64,000 nucleotides of DNA from Centroscyllium fabricii (GCA_051313645.2 JBNRSN020000031.1:34162001-34226000), one strand, 5' to 3'. Positions 1 through 12,093 are shown, counted from the first letter of the stretch. Numbers and translations are program-made. The notes: generated by a model from the sequence alone, not told the origin.

Positions 1-261
1 GCTCACTCTGCAATGACAATAAATTGAATCTGAATCTGGAGATTGCCAGTGCGTAGGATGATTGAAATGAATGCTCCCAAGATGTGCAAGCTGTCGGGCA
101 CCAAATTTAAAAAAAAAAAAAAAAAAAAAGCAGGCATGATATTTTTCTCATTAATTTTGTACTTCTGTCAGCAGTTGGGTGTTGGATAAATGTTGATGCA
201 CTGCTTTTATGCAAATTCCAATTCCAGAGCCGAGGGGGAAACTCCTTCACTCAATATTCAT

Positions 262-735
262 GTGTCCGCTGTGGCTCAGTGAGCAGCACTCTCTCTCCTC
301 TCAGAGGGCCGTGGGTTCAAGTCCCCCTCCAGGGACTTGAGCACAAAAATCCAGGCCAACATTCCCAGTGTGGTGCCGAGTGAGTGCTGCGCTGTCCGAG
401 GTGCAGTCTTTTGAATGAGATGTCAAACCGAGGCCCCGTCTGCGTGCTCGGGTGGATGGAAAAGATCCCGTGGCACAGATCCAGTGGCACTTTCGAAGAA
501 CAAGGGAGACCTCCCTGGTGGCCATGGCCAATATTTATCCCTGTCAACATCACAAACATTATCTGGTCATTTGTCACATTGCTGTTTGTGGGAGCTTGCT
601 GTGCTCAAATTGGCTGCATTTCCCACATTACAACAGTGACCACACTTCAAAAAAAAAATACTTCATTGGCTGTGAAGCACTTTGGGACGTCCAGTGGTCG
701 TGAAAGGCGCTATAGAAATGTGTCTGTCTTCCTCC
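262..735 (+). mobile_element. tRNA-derived DeuSINE (SacSINE1-like)
   Basis: A box gtggctcagtg, B box ggttcaagtcc, Deu-domain-like core, tail tttgggacgtcc..gtgaaaggcgctata; several copies in the window. Confidence 0.75.
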
Positions 736-878
736 TTTCGTATTGACCAGATTCAAACTTCAAAGGTCATTGATTTTAGCACAGTTCTTTTGCGAGGCAG
801 TGTGGTAGAGAAAACTACCCTGGACTGGGAGACCAGGAGCTAACCCAGGTTATAACTGCCCTTGGAGTTCAGTGGCAA

Positions 879-887
879 TGATGCAAT
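879..887 (+). promoter_or_regulatory. ATF4-C/EBP amino-acid response element (AARE/CARE)
   Basis: TGATGCAAT in non-repetitive intron 1 sequence. Confidence 0.45.
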
Positions 888-1055
888 TACTGTGATGAGG
901 CTATTCGAATGGCTTAATTGCTTCGGTAACTAAAGTGGAACTCTTATACTCGAGCTTTCCTTTCGTTGATATTTACCTTTGTTTTCTACTTTCCTCGACC
1001 TAAATTTTTCAAATGCTGACTCTCCATTTTCATCATTTTTAATTTTAACGGTTTT

Positions 1056-1058
<3 letters not shown>

Positions 1059-1098
<40 letters not shown>
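1059..1098. repeat. (CT)n microsatellite
   Basis: About 20 CT units. Confidence 0.95.
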
Positions 1099-1099
<1 letters not shown>

Positions 1100-1118
1100 A
1101 ACATCTGAGGTGTACAAG

Positions 1119-1471
1119 CAGGGCCGGCTCAAGGTATTTTGGGGGCCCCAAACAAGGTATTTTGGGGGCCCCAAACAAGGTATTTTGGGGGCCCCAAACA
1201 AGGTATTTTGGGGGCCCTTTCTGTTTGTGTCTGTAGATATGTGTGCACAAGCACAAGGGGGGCTTCTTCTGGCACTAAAACCTACTGTACCCAGTATATA
1301 ATTATGCACCAGTTATGTACCAGTACATTGTGCACAATATTGTGCAGGGGCAATGTATGTCTATCATGGGCTATAATTTAAGAATGAAAACACTTAGGCC
1401 TATGAGGGGCCCTCTCAAATCGGGGGCCCTAAACAAATGTTTACATCGTTTATATGGTAGGGCCGGCCCTG
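1119..1471. mobile_element. hAT-type MITE with internal 23-bp tandem repeat
   Basis: TIRs CAGGGCCGGC / GCCGGCCCTG; 8-bp TSD TGTACAAG (1111-1118, 1472-1479); ~4 x CAAGGTATTTTGGGGGCCCCAAA at 1130-1217. Confidence 0.85.
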
Positions 1472-1953
1472 TGTACAAGCAAATGAGGGCTCCAGTCTTA
1501 CGGAGATAGGGTGGGATATGTGTCGGTGCAGGCTCGATAAGGATCGAGGGATATGGGCACAAGGCAGGGGCAGGGTGCTGGGTTTGGGTGATCAGCCATG
1601 ATCTCATTGAATGGTGGAGCAGGCTCGAAGGGCCGACTCCTGCTCCTAGTTTCTATGTTTCTAATCCAGGCTCACTGAGTGGGTTCCATGTAGTCGCCCC
1701 TCTGCTCACAGTGAAGACCCACATCAGCACCAGATGAGATGACTTCCACCTCCTGGCAAAGCTTCAAACATGGTGGTGTGCATAGGCGTGCACCTTCTTT
1801 CTATAGCGCCTTTTCACAATCTCCGGATGCCCCAAGGCACTTTACAGCCAATGAAGTACTTTATTGAAGTGTGCTCTGTTGTAATGTAGCCAGCAATTTG
1901 CACACAGCAAGCTCCCACAAATAGCAATGTGATCATGACCAGATAATCTGTGA

Positions 1954-2909
1954 AACAACAGAAAACGCTGGAAAAACTCAGCAGGCCAGGCAGCATCGGT
2001 GGAGAGAGAAACAGTTAACATTTCCGGTCAATGACCCTGCGTCGGAACTGGGGGGAAAAAACAAGGAGAGGGGATCGATTTTAAAGAAAGTAGGGGAGGG
2101 GCTGAAAGAACAAAAGGGAAGGTCAGCGACAGGATAGAAGGCGGGGACATTAAGAGACATTAAGAGACATTCAAGGATGGCTCTGGATGAAGTGTGAATG
2201 GCTCTGGCAGAGAAGAAAAAAGCCCAGACAAAAGTGGTTTCAAAGAGAATATATCTAATCTAGGTCTGGAGTGGAGAATTAGTGACAGGCCACCGGATGC
2301 TCTGGGTCCCCCTTACGGATGGTGGTCTGCAAAGTGGTCACCCAATCTGTGTTTGGCCTCCCCAATGTAGAGGAGACCACATCGCGAGCAGTGAATACAA
2401 AATTGCAGGAAGTACAAGTAAATTGCCGTTTCACCTGGAAGGGGTGTTTGGGGCCCTGGACAGTGGGAAGGGGGGAGGTATAAAGGCAGGTGTTGCATCT
2501 CCTGCGCTTGCACGGGAAGGTGCTCGGGGAAGGGGTGCTGGGGTTGGTCGAGGAGTGGACCAGGGTGTCGCAGAGGGAGCGGTCCCTACGGAATGCTGAA
2601 AGGAGGTGAGGGGAAGATGCATTTGGTGGTGGGATCACGCTAGAGGTGGTGGAAATGGCGGAGGATGATCCGTTGACTGTGGAGGCTGGTGGGGTGAAAG
2701 GTGCAGACAAGGGGAACCCTATCGTGGTTCTGGGAGGGAGGGGCAGGGGTGAGGGCAGAAGTGCGGGAGATAGAAAGGACCCGGTCGAGCGCCGTGTCAA
2801 CCACGGTAGAGGTGAATCCGCGGTTGAGGAAAAAGGAAGACACGTCGGAAGCACCGGTGTGGAAGGTGGCATCGTCTGAGCAGATGCGGCGGAGACGGAG
2901 AAACTGGAG
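1954..2909 (-). mobile_element. Penelope-like element 3' fragment (RT C-terminus, GIY-YIG endonuclease, pLTR) inserted in a DeuSINE
   Basis: QFLRLRRICSDD, RVPLVCTFHP, FPCKRRRCNTC, CSRCGLLYIGEAKHRLGDHFADH across frameshifts; AATCTGTGA duplicated at 1945-1953 and 2910-2918; host SINE halves at ~1800-1953 and ~2910-3050. Confidence 0.85.
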
Positions 2910-3743
2910 AATCTGTGATGTTGATTTGAGGGATAAATATTGGCCAGAACACTGGAGAACTCCCCTGCTCTTCAAAATAGTGCCCTGGGTTCTTTAATGT
3001 CCACAGGAGGGTAGATGGGGGGGCCTCCATTTAGCATCTCATCCGACAGAATTGAGAATTTATTTTCCAACTGAGTAATTTGGGAGGAACTGTTGTACTA
3101 ATGTATTTAAATTTACTGTCTGGCCAAACGGACATTTTATTCAAATTTCTATTTATACTAATCTTGCAATGGAGCCATGTTTCCTTTATTTAAAAAAAAA
3201 AAAAAAAAAGCGCTGTCTGTCGAATATTTGACTGACTGATTCTGTGATGGAACGCAAGGGCATGTTACAATTGGTTTTTTCCAATGTATATTCGCACTGG
3301 TGATGGGAGTGGCATCCTGCCTGATGTAATAAACAGGACGATTGATGCATGCATCTGGGTGTGAGCTGGTGAGCAATCGCTGACTGCTCAGCAAGTGAAT
3401 GCTGTTCTTGGGAGGCAGTCGAATCTGATGGAATACTCTGTGCTTCAGAAGCTATTTCTTTCTGTTTGCTTTCCGAAAGGTGATTGGCATCTGCTGAAGA
3501 TGGTGAGTTGTAGGTGTGCATGTGTTTGAGTGTACCTGCGTACCTCTATCCATGTACCTTAAGTATAAAAACATAGAAACATGCAGGACAAGTGGAGACC
3601 AGTTGGTCCATTGAACCTGTGCTGTAATAGCTATTGTAAGAATACAGTTCAAACCCAGGCTTCTCATCTAGAACATTTTTAAAGACTTTTATTGTAAATG
3701 TGTTCAAAGCTCAAACTGCACCTTTTCTTGTATATTTTTCTAG

Positions 3744-3809
3744 GATCGAAGAATTAAAATACCTCGCCCATTAGGTCAGGGGCCAAGTTCCTTCATTCCA
3801 GTCAAAGAG
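3744..3809 (+). CDS. SESN2: Sestrin-2 coding exon (equivalent to human exon 2)
   Basis: ttttctag acceptor, gtatgt donor; 66 nt encodes DRRIKIPRPLGQGPSSFIPVKE, the sestrin N-terminal GPSxFIP motif. Confidence 0.9.
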
Positions 3810-4133
3810 GTATGTGAATTGTTGAATTTGAGTCTTAACCTGAGATTTGTGATTTTTATTAAAGGTGGTTGTGGTGATCAGTGCAGTAATGGGTTCCTTT
3901 TCTATTAATTTTGTTCTAATTTATAGTACACGTCTCTGACTTTTATTTATACCTGTTTTTAAGAAAACTTATGCTTTTATAAACCATACTGCTCTTGTTG
4001 AGAATTTACTGCAAGTTATTTTGTAGGGCAGTGAGGAAGATGAATTAAAGTATGATCTAATTCCGTCTTTATTTCAAAAGGCAGTTTTCAACTAAGCTCC
4101 GAGTTGCTCAAGATTCTTCTGTATTGCATAGAA

Positions 4134-4142
4134 ATTGCATCA
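4134..4142 (-). promoter_or_regulatory. ATF4-C/EBP AARE/CARE
   Basis: ATTGCATCA in intron 2. Confidence 0.4.
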
Positions 4143-5558
4143 TGCAGGTTGTTTGGTTCAACCAGTTTGTATTGATGTTTAACTTTATCGACGTAATTCT
4201 AATCCACATCTTTTCTGTTCCCTTATTTGTCACGGAACTTACCTAATCTGTTCTTAAATGTTGACATGGCCTGTGCTTCAGTCATGAACTCTGCTAGTGC
4301 ATCTCGCAGCCCTGTGTCTGTGTGTCCGACACCTCCAAGCTTTACATTTACCTGCCTGAGCCATATGCAGCCCCACATTGAAAGGAGTGAACACCCCACC
4401 CCGGTAGAGATTTCTCTTGGTACCTCCAGCCGAAACTGCCAAGGCTGTCGCTTCTAAACCATTTACACCCAATATTTGTTGGGTTGCTGTTTGAAGCTGA
4501 CCATTTTAGTGGACTAACCTCTCTGCCCATAACTGGCCTTCACGTGCTTCCAACATTTGAGCTTTGCTGACTTTGTCATGACACCAGGAATGATTCTGGC
4601 CAGACCGGCAGCATTAACCGCATGCGTGCGTTTTTGTTTGTACTGTCGCCGAACTTCTTTTGCAGAATAAATGAGTAGGTTCAGCACCGTGGAAACAGCC
4701 ACCTAATTCTTGAGCTACTGAGGTTTTGCCTGGTGGTCCTTGGGCGAGGGAGGGGGAAGAGGGTACCGATTGCACTGGAAATGGCAAGTTTTTGGAAGTT
4801 GAAGGCTCACGGTAGTATTTGCACTCGAGCAAATTCACCGCCAGGTTTCAAGATAAACGGGGGCATTGATCATTCTCCCCGTGGGTTTCCTCCGGGTGCT
4901 CCGGTTTCCTCCCACAGTCCAAAGATGTGCGGGTTAGGTTGATTGGCCAGGATAAATTGACCCTTCGTGTTAGGGGGATTGAATATGTGGGGGTTACGGG
5001 GATAGGGTGGGATGTGTGTCGGTGCAGGCTCGATAGGGATATGGGGACAGCCATGATCTCGTTGAATGGCGGAGCGGGCTCAAAGGGCCTACTCCTGCTC
5101 CTATCTTCTATGTTTCAGCTTGAAGCACTGTGGATCAGACCATCCCAGGAACTCCTTCCAACCATTTCCCAAAATGATTCAGCGCTCTTGTTAAAATCCC
5201 AAACTTCCATTTTAAAAATGTAATATTCATTTGTTAAATGGCTGGACTTGCAGATTTGGAGAGGGTGAGGGAGGGGGGAATTCGAGAGTGGGGAGATTGA
5301 GAGTGTGGAGATTATTGCAAAATCACGATTTAATTAGGAGATAAAAGCTGAAAATATGATTATTCTGCCAGTTTTGCATATCAAACATGCATCTAAGTGG
5401 AAATTTTAACCCGCGCTACTTGCAATTCTTTCCTGAGCGGAGCATTCCTCTGCAGCATCTAAGTAACGGACACCGGGGCTTTCTGTTCCCTTTCTCAGCT
5501 CTGCAAGTTGTTCAGAAAGTTCCATATCCAACATATGTTGCACAGCCGAGAAACTTCA

Positions 5559-5613
5559 GTAAACAAGTGATCTAATCGTAGCTCAGCATTGCATCAGCTG
5601 AGAAGTTGTTTAC
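5559..5613. promoter_or_regulatory. Candidate FOXO-AARE-FOXO intronic enhancer
   Basis: GTAAACAA (5559-5566), ATTGCATCA (5588-5596), TTGTTTAC (5606-5613). Confidence 0.5.
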
Positions 5614-6037
5614 AGTCGACCCTTCCTTGTTTAATATTTGCATATCATTGGACAGCACCAAGGAGTTCAGTCCAGCCTTTCTTAGTTTTTAAGAATATTA
5701 ATGAAATTTGAAATCTTAACACCAGTCCCTGGTTATCTGCTATTTGCTCTATTCTCCTGCCCCCGCGCCTCCCCCCCCCCCCCCCCCCCCCCAAAAAAAA
5801 ATCAAAATCCCTGTTCTGTTCCCAGTAGGACACATGAGCTCTGAGCTGGACAAAGGGAGGAAGTCCATAATCACTTATTTTCCCCAATGGCATCCATGTC
5901 CATTTTATGGGCTGTGGCAAAATGGGATAAATTAAGTGAATTGTTGGGGCTACTGACCGCAAAACTCTCCCTTTTGCACCCTGCACATGAGATGAGCAGA
6001 ACTTGTATCGAAGCTGTGGAAGATACCAAGAGGCTAG

Positions 6038-6482
6038 CATTTCTATAGCGCCTTTCGCGTCCTCCGGACGCCCCAAAGCACTTCGCAGCCAATGAAGTGC
6101 TTTTTTGAAGTGTAGTCACTGTTGTAAGGTGGTAAACGCAGCAGCCACTTTACGCACAGCAAGCTCCCACAAACAGCAATGTGATAATGACCAGATCATC
6201 TGTTTGTGTGATAATTGAGGGATAAATATTGGCCCCAGAACACCGGGGAGAACTCCCCTGCTCTTCTTCGAAATAGTGGCCAACGGATCTTTTACATCCA
6301 CCTGAGAGCAGACAGGGCCTCGGTTTAATGTCTTGTGTGAAAGACGGCACATCTGGCAGTGCAGCACTCCCTCGGCACTGCACTGGAGTGTCAGCCTAGA
6401 TTTTTGTGCTCCGGTGCCGAGTTGTGGGTTCAAGTCTCCCCACCTTCTGACTCGGGTGAGAGCTGCCCACTGAACCCACAAG
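6038..6482 (-). mobile_element. DeuSINE (SacSINE1-like)
   Basis: Reverse-complement match to 262-735. Confidence 0.75.
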
Positions 6483-6603
6483 GTCAAGGCATGGTGTTCA
6501 GGAGGGTCCCCCTTCCCAGCTCAGTACCGAGGTCAACTGTAGTATCCTAACTCGTTGCAGACTAGGACTGGGGATAGTTTCTGATCTCTTAATTCTTGAT
6601 TTT

Positions 6604-6880
6604 AGGCTAGGTTCAGATCGGCCATGTGATCTCCTCCTGGACCAGTTTTCGATCGCCTAGATGGGTCGGAGAGGAATTTCCCAGATTTCTTCTCCCAAAT
6701 TGGCCACTGGGTTTTTTATCTGTTTTTTCGCCTCTCCCGGGTGATCACATGGGTCTGGGCGGGGTGGAGAGTAAAAATAAAATTGAGGTTAGGATCAGAT
6801 CAGCCATGATCTTGTTAAATGGCGGAGCAGGCTCGAGGGGCCGATTGGCCGACTCCTGCTCCTATTTCTTGTGTTCTTGA
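6604..6880 (+). mobile_element. CR1 LINE 3' UTR fragment
   Basis: Same 3' UTR as the CR1 ends at 16256-16530 and 62850-63125; ttcttatg-type tail. Confidence 0.65.
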
Positions 6881-7669
6881 TTTTTGTTGCTTATGTCTTC
6901 CAACTCCTGCAGTTTGGTGTCTGTTCATATTCATGGGGATCTTGTTTATTTATCCTACTCAGAGAATGAAGCAGTTATGGTAGCAGTCATAGTTTTTTTT
7001 ATTCGTTCATGGATGAGTGTCGCTGGCAAGGCCAGCATTTATTGCCCTCGAAGGTGGTGAGCCACCTTCTTGAACCGCTGCAGTCCGTGTGGTGAAGGTG
7101 CTCCCACAGTGCTGTTAGGGAGGGAGTTCAGGGATTTTGAACCATCGACGATGTACGATTGGCCGATATATTTCCAAGTCAGGATGGTGTGTGTGACTTG
7201 AAGGGGAACTCTGAGGTGGTGATGTTCCCACGCGGCTGCTGCCCTCGTCCTTCTGGGTGGTAGAGGTCATGGGTTTGGGAGGAGCTGCTGAAGAAGGCTT
7301 GGCGAGTTGCTGCAGTGCATCTTGTAGATGATACATAATCAGTCTGACTTAATTTCAGTGAGATTTTAAATGTATAACTGCACACTTTATACAATAAAGA
7401 ACGAGTGATAGTTGATTAGTTGGGAATATGCAGAGACCCAAATGTGCAGTTGTCGAAGTTTTACAGGTCGCTTCCATGCTTAATTTGGAAATTAAGTTAG
7501 TTCTATCTTCTGAAATACTATTCGGCATGACTCATGTTCGGAATTTACCTTTTTAAAGTATTGTACATTGTTCAAATACAAACACCCAGGATCTTGCCAG
7601 CAACCAGAGTGAATTATTATTTTTAATGTAGGTTTCAAATATCCAGTTGTTGAAATCCCGCACACACAG

Positions 7670-7973
7670 AATCATAGAATCCCTACAGTGCAGATAGAGG
7701 CCATTTCGGCCCATCGAGCCTGCACCGACACATATCCCACCCTATCCCTGTAACCCCACATATTCAATCCCCCTAACACTAAGGGTCAATTTATCCTGGC
7801 CAATCAACCTAACCCGCACATCTTTGGACTGTGGGAGGAAACCGGAGCACCCGGAGGAAACCCACGCAGACACGGGGAGAATGTGCAAACTCCACACAGA
7901 TAGTACCCGAGGCTGGATTTGAACCCGGGCCCCTAGTGCGGTGAGGCAACAGTGCTAACCACTATGCCACCGT
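7670..7973 (-). mobile_element. HE1-like V-SINE
   Basis: tRNA head, V-domain (gtgggtttcctccgggtgctccggtttcctcccacagtccaaagatgtgcggg) and CR1-type tail. Confidence 0.8.
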
Positions 7974-8388
7974 CTCTACACTGCCAAACCAGGGTCATCA
8001 GGTTCAGCTTCTCTCTGATAGAGGATGTTTGTGTCAGATGTCGGAGACCTGACCGCTTCAAAAACCAACATCGTCTCTGCCAAGATCAGTCTGGGATACT
8101 ATATACGGAATGTGTTTACAGTTGGAAATTTAGTTTTTTGAAACTGAAGGGCTTTTTCTTAAACACTCAATTAACCGGCTTAATTGTCTGTCAGAAAACC
8201 GAGACTCAAAATAGAAATCATTTGCAGCAGCAAAAATATCCAATGCGAGCCCATTATTACGAAATGGCCTTTTTTAAACTGGATTATTCAAGATTTGGCA
8301 CAACGCAGGATGACAAGAAAATTGGACAACTCATCTAGTTCTTTACCAGTCTACTCTTTATAATGTGCACTGAACTTTTTTTTTCAAC

Positions 8389-8654
8389 TAGGTTGAGCAC
8401 CGTTAATCCGGCACGGTTGCGTCCAGGACCGTGCCGGATTTTTTAAAACTCTGAATGATTGAAGTTCGGCGAGCGCGAAATTTTGAATGGTCTGCGCATG
8501 CACTCGCCGCAGCATCAACCGATCAGGGAGAGGCCCGGGCATGCGCAGCCAAGCGTGGCGGCCATTTTGCGCATGCACGCACCAGTCGGCCAGATTCGTG
8601 CCGGACGTTTGAAGTTGCCGGACAAACAGCCATGGATTAATGGTGCTCAACCTG
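8389..8654. mobile_element. pogo/Tigger-like MITE
   Basis: TIRs AGGTTGAGCACCGTTAATCC / GGATTAATGGTGCTCAACCTG followed by TA. Confidence 0.8.
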
Positions 8655-8757
8655 TATCCTAAAGCCAAGATGCCAATGTTAGGAGCCCAGTAAGAGGGCT
8701 TTTTATAATCCGAGTGGCAACTGGCAGGTATGCTGAAGATATTTTTTTGTTTTACAG

Positions 8758-8955
8758 ATTCTCCAGGAAGGTCTCGAAGATGCCAAAAGACAGCTCTTTA
8801 TTGAAGCCTTTGTGTCCACTGGGCGTGTGGACAATGTTACCATGGTGATGGGCTTACACCCACAGTATCTTGAAAGCTTTTGGAAAACTCAATACTATCT
8901 CCTGCAGATGGATGGTCCTCTGCCATATCCCTACAGGCATTACATTGCTGTAATG
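8758..8955 (+). CDS. SESN2: Sestrin-2 coding exon 3
   Basis: tttacag acceptor, gtgagt donor; ILQEGLED...[45 protein letters not shown]; GRVDN, GLHP and SFW are SESN2-like. Confidence 0.95.
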
Positions 8956-9236
8956 GTGAGTTGCTCTTTCCTGCCTGTAATGTAATCCCTTCAAGGAAAC
9001 TGAACTAAATTGATTGATTGGAATAGCACCGAAAAGATCACGGTCGTGAGTGACCGAGATCAGGAAGGAACTAAGCACCAGTGTTCAAATTAATTTGAAT
9101 CTTTTGAGTCTTTTGCAAAATGAATTGAGTTCTTGCTTCGAATGTTCCCTTTAATTTTTTTGGGGTGTGTGGCCTCTTTAAGGGGTCGCACAGCCCCTTA
9201 TTCAAAATGCTGCACCTGCGTGGGTTTTTCCTCTTT

Positions 9237-9817
9237 AAATCTCGGAAGACCTCTCCTGGTCACTAAACACCTCCTCTCTGGTTAAGAAGGCCCAACGGCG
9301 CCTGTACTTCCTAAGGAAGCTGAAAAAGGCCAGGCTGTCATCCGGCATCCGCTGCACAATCGAAAGCATACTGACAAGCTGCATCACAGTCTGGTATGGA
9401 AATTGCACCATCACGGACCGGAAGGCCCTGCAGCGGGTAGTCAAAACTGCCCAACGAATCACCGGTACCCAGCTACCGTCAATCAAATGCACCTACCTCA
9501 AACGCTGCCTACGGAGGTCTCTGAACATTATTAAAGACCCCACACACCCCAGCCACAGTCTGTTCGCCCCCGCCCTCCGGGAGACGCTACAGATCAATTC
9601 GCACCCGCACGACTAGATTGAAGAACCGCTTCTTCCCCAGGGCTGTCAGCCTCCTGAACTCTAAAAAGAAACTCCGGTACCTGCACGCCTGATAATGTAC
9701 TCTACTGTATGCAATTTGCATGTAATTTATTTGCACTACTCTCGGGAGCGGCGAGTCTTCGTCTCGTTGTATTGTACTAGTACACTGCATTGACAATAAA
9801 ACTTGAATTGAATTGAA
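9237..9817 (+). mobile_element. Rex1/Babar LINE 3' fragment
   Basis: ISEDLSWS..KKAQRRLYFLRKLKK..CTIESILTSCITVWYGNC..KDPTHPSH; tail tgacaataaaac(ttgaa)n. Confidence 0.85.
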
Positions 9818-10228
9818 AAGCCAGTGAGCTAACTGTGCAGCTTAAAAGGAAGATTGCTTCGAACGAGATTCAAACTAGCCATTAAAAATCTGTAGCTTTT
9901 GACCCAAGCTTCATCGGGGTTATCAAAAGCAGTACGGCGAAAGCTAGCGAGTACTGTAGTTGCATTGCTGTTGCTGTGCGGCTGAAGTCTTGCAGAGCCC
10001 TCTGATTTTGATGTCTTTGGGAGTACAGAGAACACTATATTTTGAGTGGTTTTCAATATTTTGGGATTGGTTTTAATGTGGTTATGAGCTTGGAAGTGTT
10101 TTTGTTCTGAGGTTGGAGTTGAGGAAACATTTATCAATTGTTTGCAATGGCAGAGTTTTCCCAGTCTCTTGTATAATTGGTCAGCGTAAAATCTGAGTGC
10201 CTGATTGATTTACATCCTCTTGTTTCAG

Positions 10229-10411
10229 GCTGCAGCTCGACATCAGTGTTCATACCTTGTCAACCTCCATATCAATGACTTTCTCCAAGTTGGTGGAAAT
10301 CCAGAGTGGCTAACCGGCTTAAACTTTGTACCTCAGAAAATGAGGAATCTTAATGAAATCAACAAAATCTTAGCCCATAGACCATGGCTCATCACAAAAG
10401 AACATATTGAG
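10229..10411 (+). CDS. SESN2: Sestrin-2 coding exon 4
   Basis: tttcag/gtaaat; [14 protein letters not shown]...[21 protein letters not shown], including the Cys equivalent to human C125. Confidence 0.96.
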
Positions 10412-10569
10412 GTAAATTGTTGGGAGAGTATCACTTGGTGATCAGCTTAAAATTGAACATTTTTTACTGAATATTTGATAGATGTAGTCCAATTTAAATT
10501 GTCAGTTTACTCATTAGCATGTGGAGTATCCACTCTTAGATTCGGCATTTGTCTGAGCCTCTTGCTGTA

Positions 10570-10894
10570 CAGGTTGAGCACCGGTAATCCGGCGCCTGAT
10601 TGTCCGGCAGCTTCAGTGGTTCGGCACGATTGGAAACCGACGCTCTTCATTATGCAGAGCAGCCGCTCGGCGGTGTCAACGTTTCCCGCAAAGGGTGAGC
10701 GAGCACCAAAGGCGTTTCGGTTTTTTATGGGCTTGTAAGTGTTCCATCCCCGGGCTCCCTCCTGGGGAGTATTCTACCCGGGCTCCGGGGAGTGTTCTAC
10801 CGTGTGCTCCCCCTGAACCTTCAGTGGTTCGGAATTTTCAATGATCTGGCACCGGCCTGGTCCCGAGGGTGCTGGATTAACGGTGCTCAACCTG
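10570..10894. mobile_element. pogo/Tigger-like MITE (subfamily shared with 20195-20477)
   Basis: TA-CAGGTTGAGCACCG...CGGTGCTCAACCTG-TA. Confidence 0.85.
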
Positions 10895-10986
10895 TATTTG
10901 GATTTTGAGGCACGATAGTTATTCTCATCTTACAAGTACATGCTCGTCAAGCTGCCTTGCTTGGTCTGTATTTACCAAATGGTATA

Positions 10987-11546
10987 CAGGTTGTGCACCA
11001 TTAATCCGCCACGGGCGGGACCAGGCCCGTGCCGGGAAACAGAAAAAAACGGGAGAACGAGGTTGGACACTGCGCATGCGCGCCATTCAAAATGGCCGCA
11101 CGCATGCGCGCCATTCAAAATGGCCGCACGCATGCGCACAACATTGGGATTGGCTGGCGCGTGCATGCGCAGATCGGGCACGGGTCCGCGTTCCCTCTCC
11201 ATCGCCTTTCGGGTTGCTGCTGCCGCCGAGCCGGACTCAGGCTGACAGCTGTTGCCTAGTGACTGTCCGCCTCAGTCACGGGGCTCAGCTGTTGGGGAAA
11301 ATAACCGTCGGCCGTATTGAATTATCTGCGCATGCGCTAACCGTCCGGCGACGCAATCGCAGATTATTCAAAACACCCGCAGCTGTTTTGAATGATCTGC
11401 GCATGCGCTCGGCGCATGCGCAGATCATTCGCCGAAGCCACGATGGCGGCAGCCATCTTGCGCATGCGCAGTGCAGTCTGGGCAATTTGTGCCGGCAGAC
11501 TGAAGCTGCCGGCTATTCGGGACACGGATTTTCGGTGCACAACCTA
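10987..11546. mobile_element. pogo/Tigger-like MITE, NRF1/YY1-motif-rich subfamily
   Basis: TA-CAGGTTGTGCACC...GGTGCACAACCT(A)-TA; near-identical to 29634-30164. Confidence 0.85.
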
Positions 11547-11754
11547 TACAGTCAAATTTCTTGTCAGCATTATGTATGTGTTCCTTTATTTTATGCTTTA
11601 TCACATTAAAAACATGCAGCACACTCCATTATCGATTCTCCCTGTACATTAAAAAAGTGCTATTATTGAGACTTGAGCATCTGTACTTTATGATAATTCC
11701 TGGGCATTTGATTTTTTTTTTGCTTATCTGATGTACCTTTTTTGCTTCTTGTAG

Positions 11755-11973
11755 AATCTGCTGAAGACTGGTGAGCATAGCTGGTCACTAGCCGAGCTCA
11801 TTCATGCCGTCGTCCTCCTCACGCATTACCATTCCCTGGCCTCCTTCGTTTTAGGCTGCAGCATTCGGCCCGAACTTGATCAGGACGGTGGCTTCACATT
11901 CAGACCCCCCTCGCCGCGCAGCAGTGACTCGGACAGCGCGAGTGGCTCGGAGGAGGTTCTTGATGGCGGTGCA
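11755..11973 (+). CDS. SESN2: Sestrin-2 coding exon 5
   Basis: ttgtag/gtaagc; [35 protein letters not shown]...[24 protein letters not shown]. Confidence 0.95.
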
Positions 11974-12093
11974 GTAAGCGCACTTTTTCTGCTTAAATGT
12001 GAAAGTTAGAAATATTTCTGTAGTGAGCATTGTATAGGCCGGGTTCTTAATTTTAGGTCGGGCGGGGGGGGGGGGGTTCTCGTAAAATACAAT

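Noticed and set aside
1130-1217. 23-bp direct repeats resembling a CRISPR array
   Set aside because: Head-to-tail with no spacers, inside a hAT MITE with an 8-bp TSD, in vertebrate DNA with no cas genes
3258-3267. p53 response element GGGCATGTTA
   Set aside because: Only one imperfect half-site, with no adjacent second decamer
10905-11609. 234-aa ORF and overlapping ORFs
   Set aside because: GC-rich MITE sequence with few stop codons; no recognisable domain; lies in a SESN2 intron
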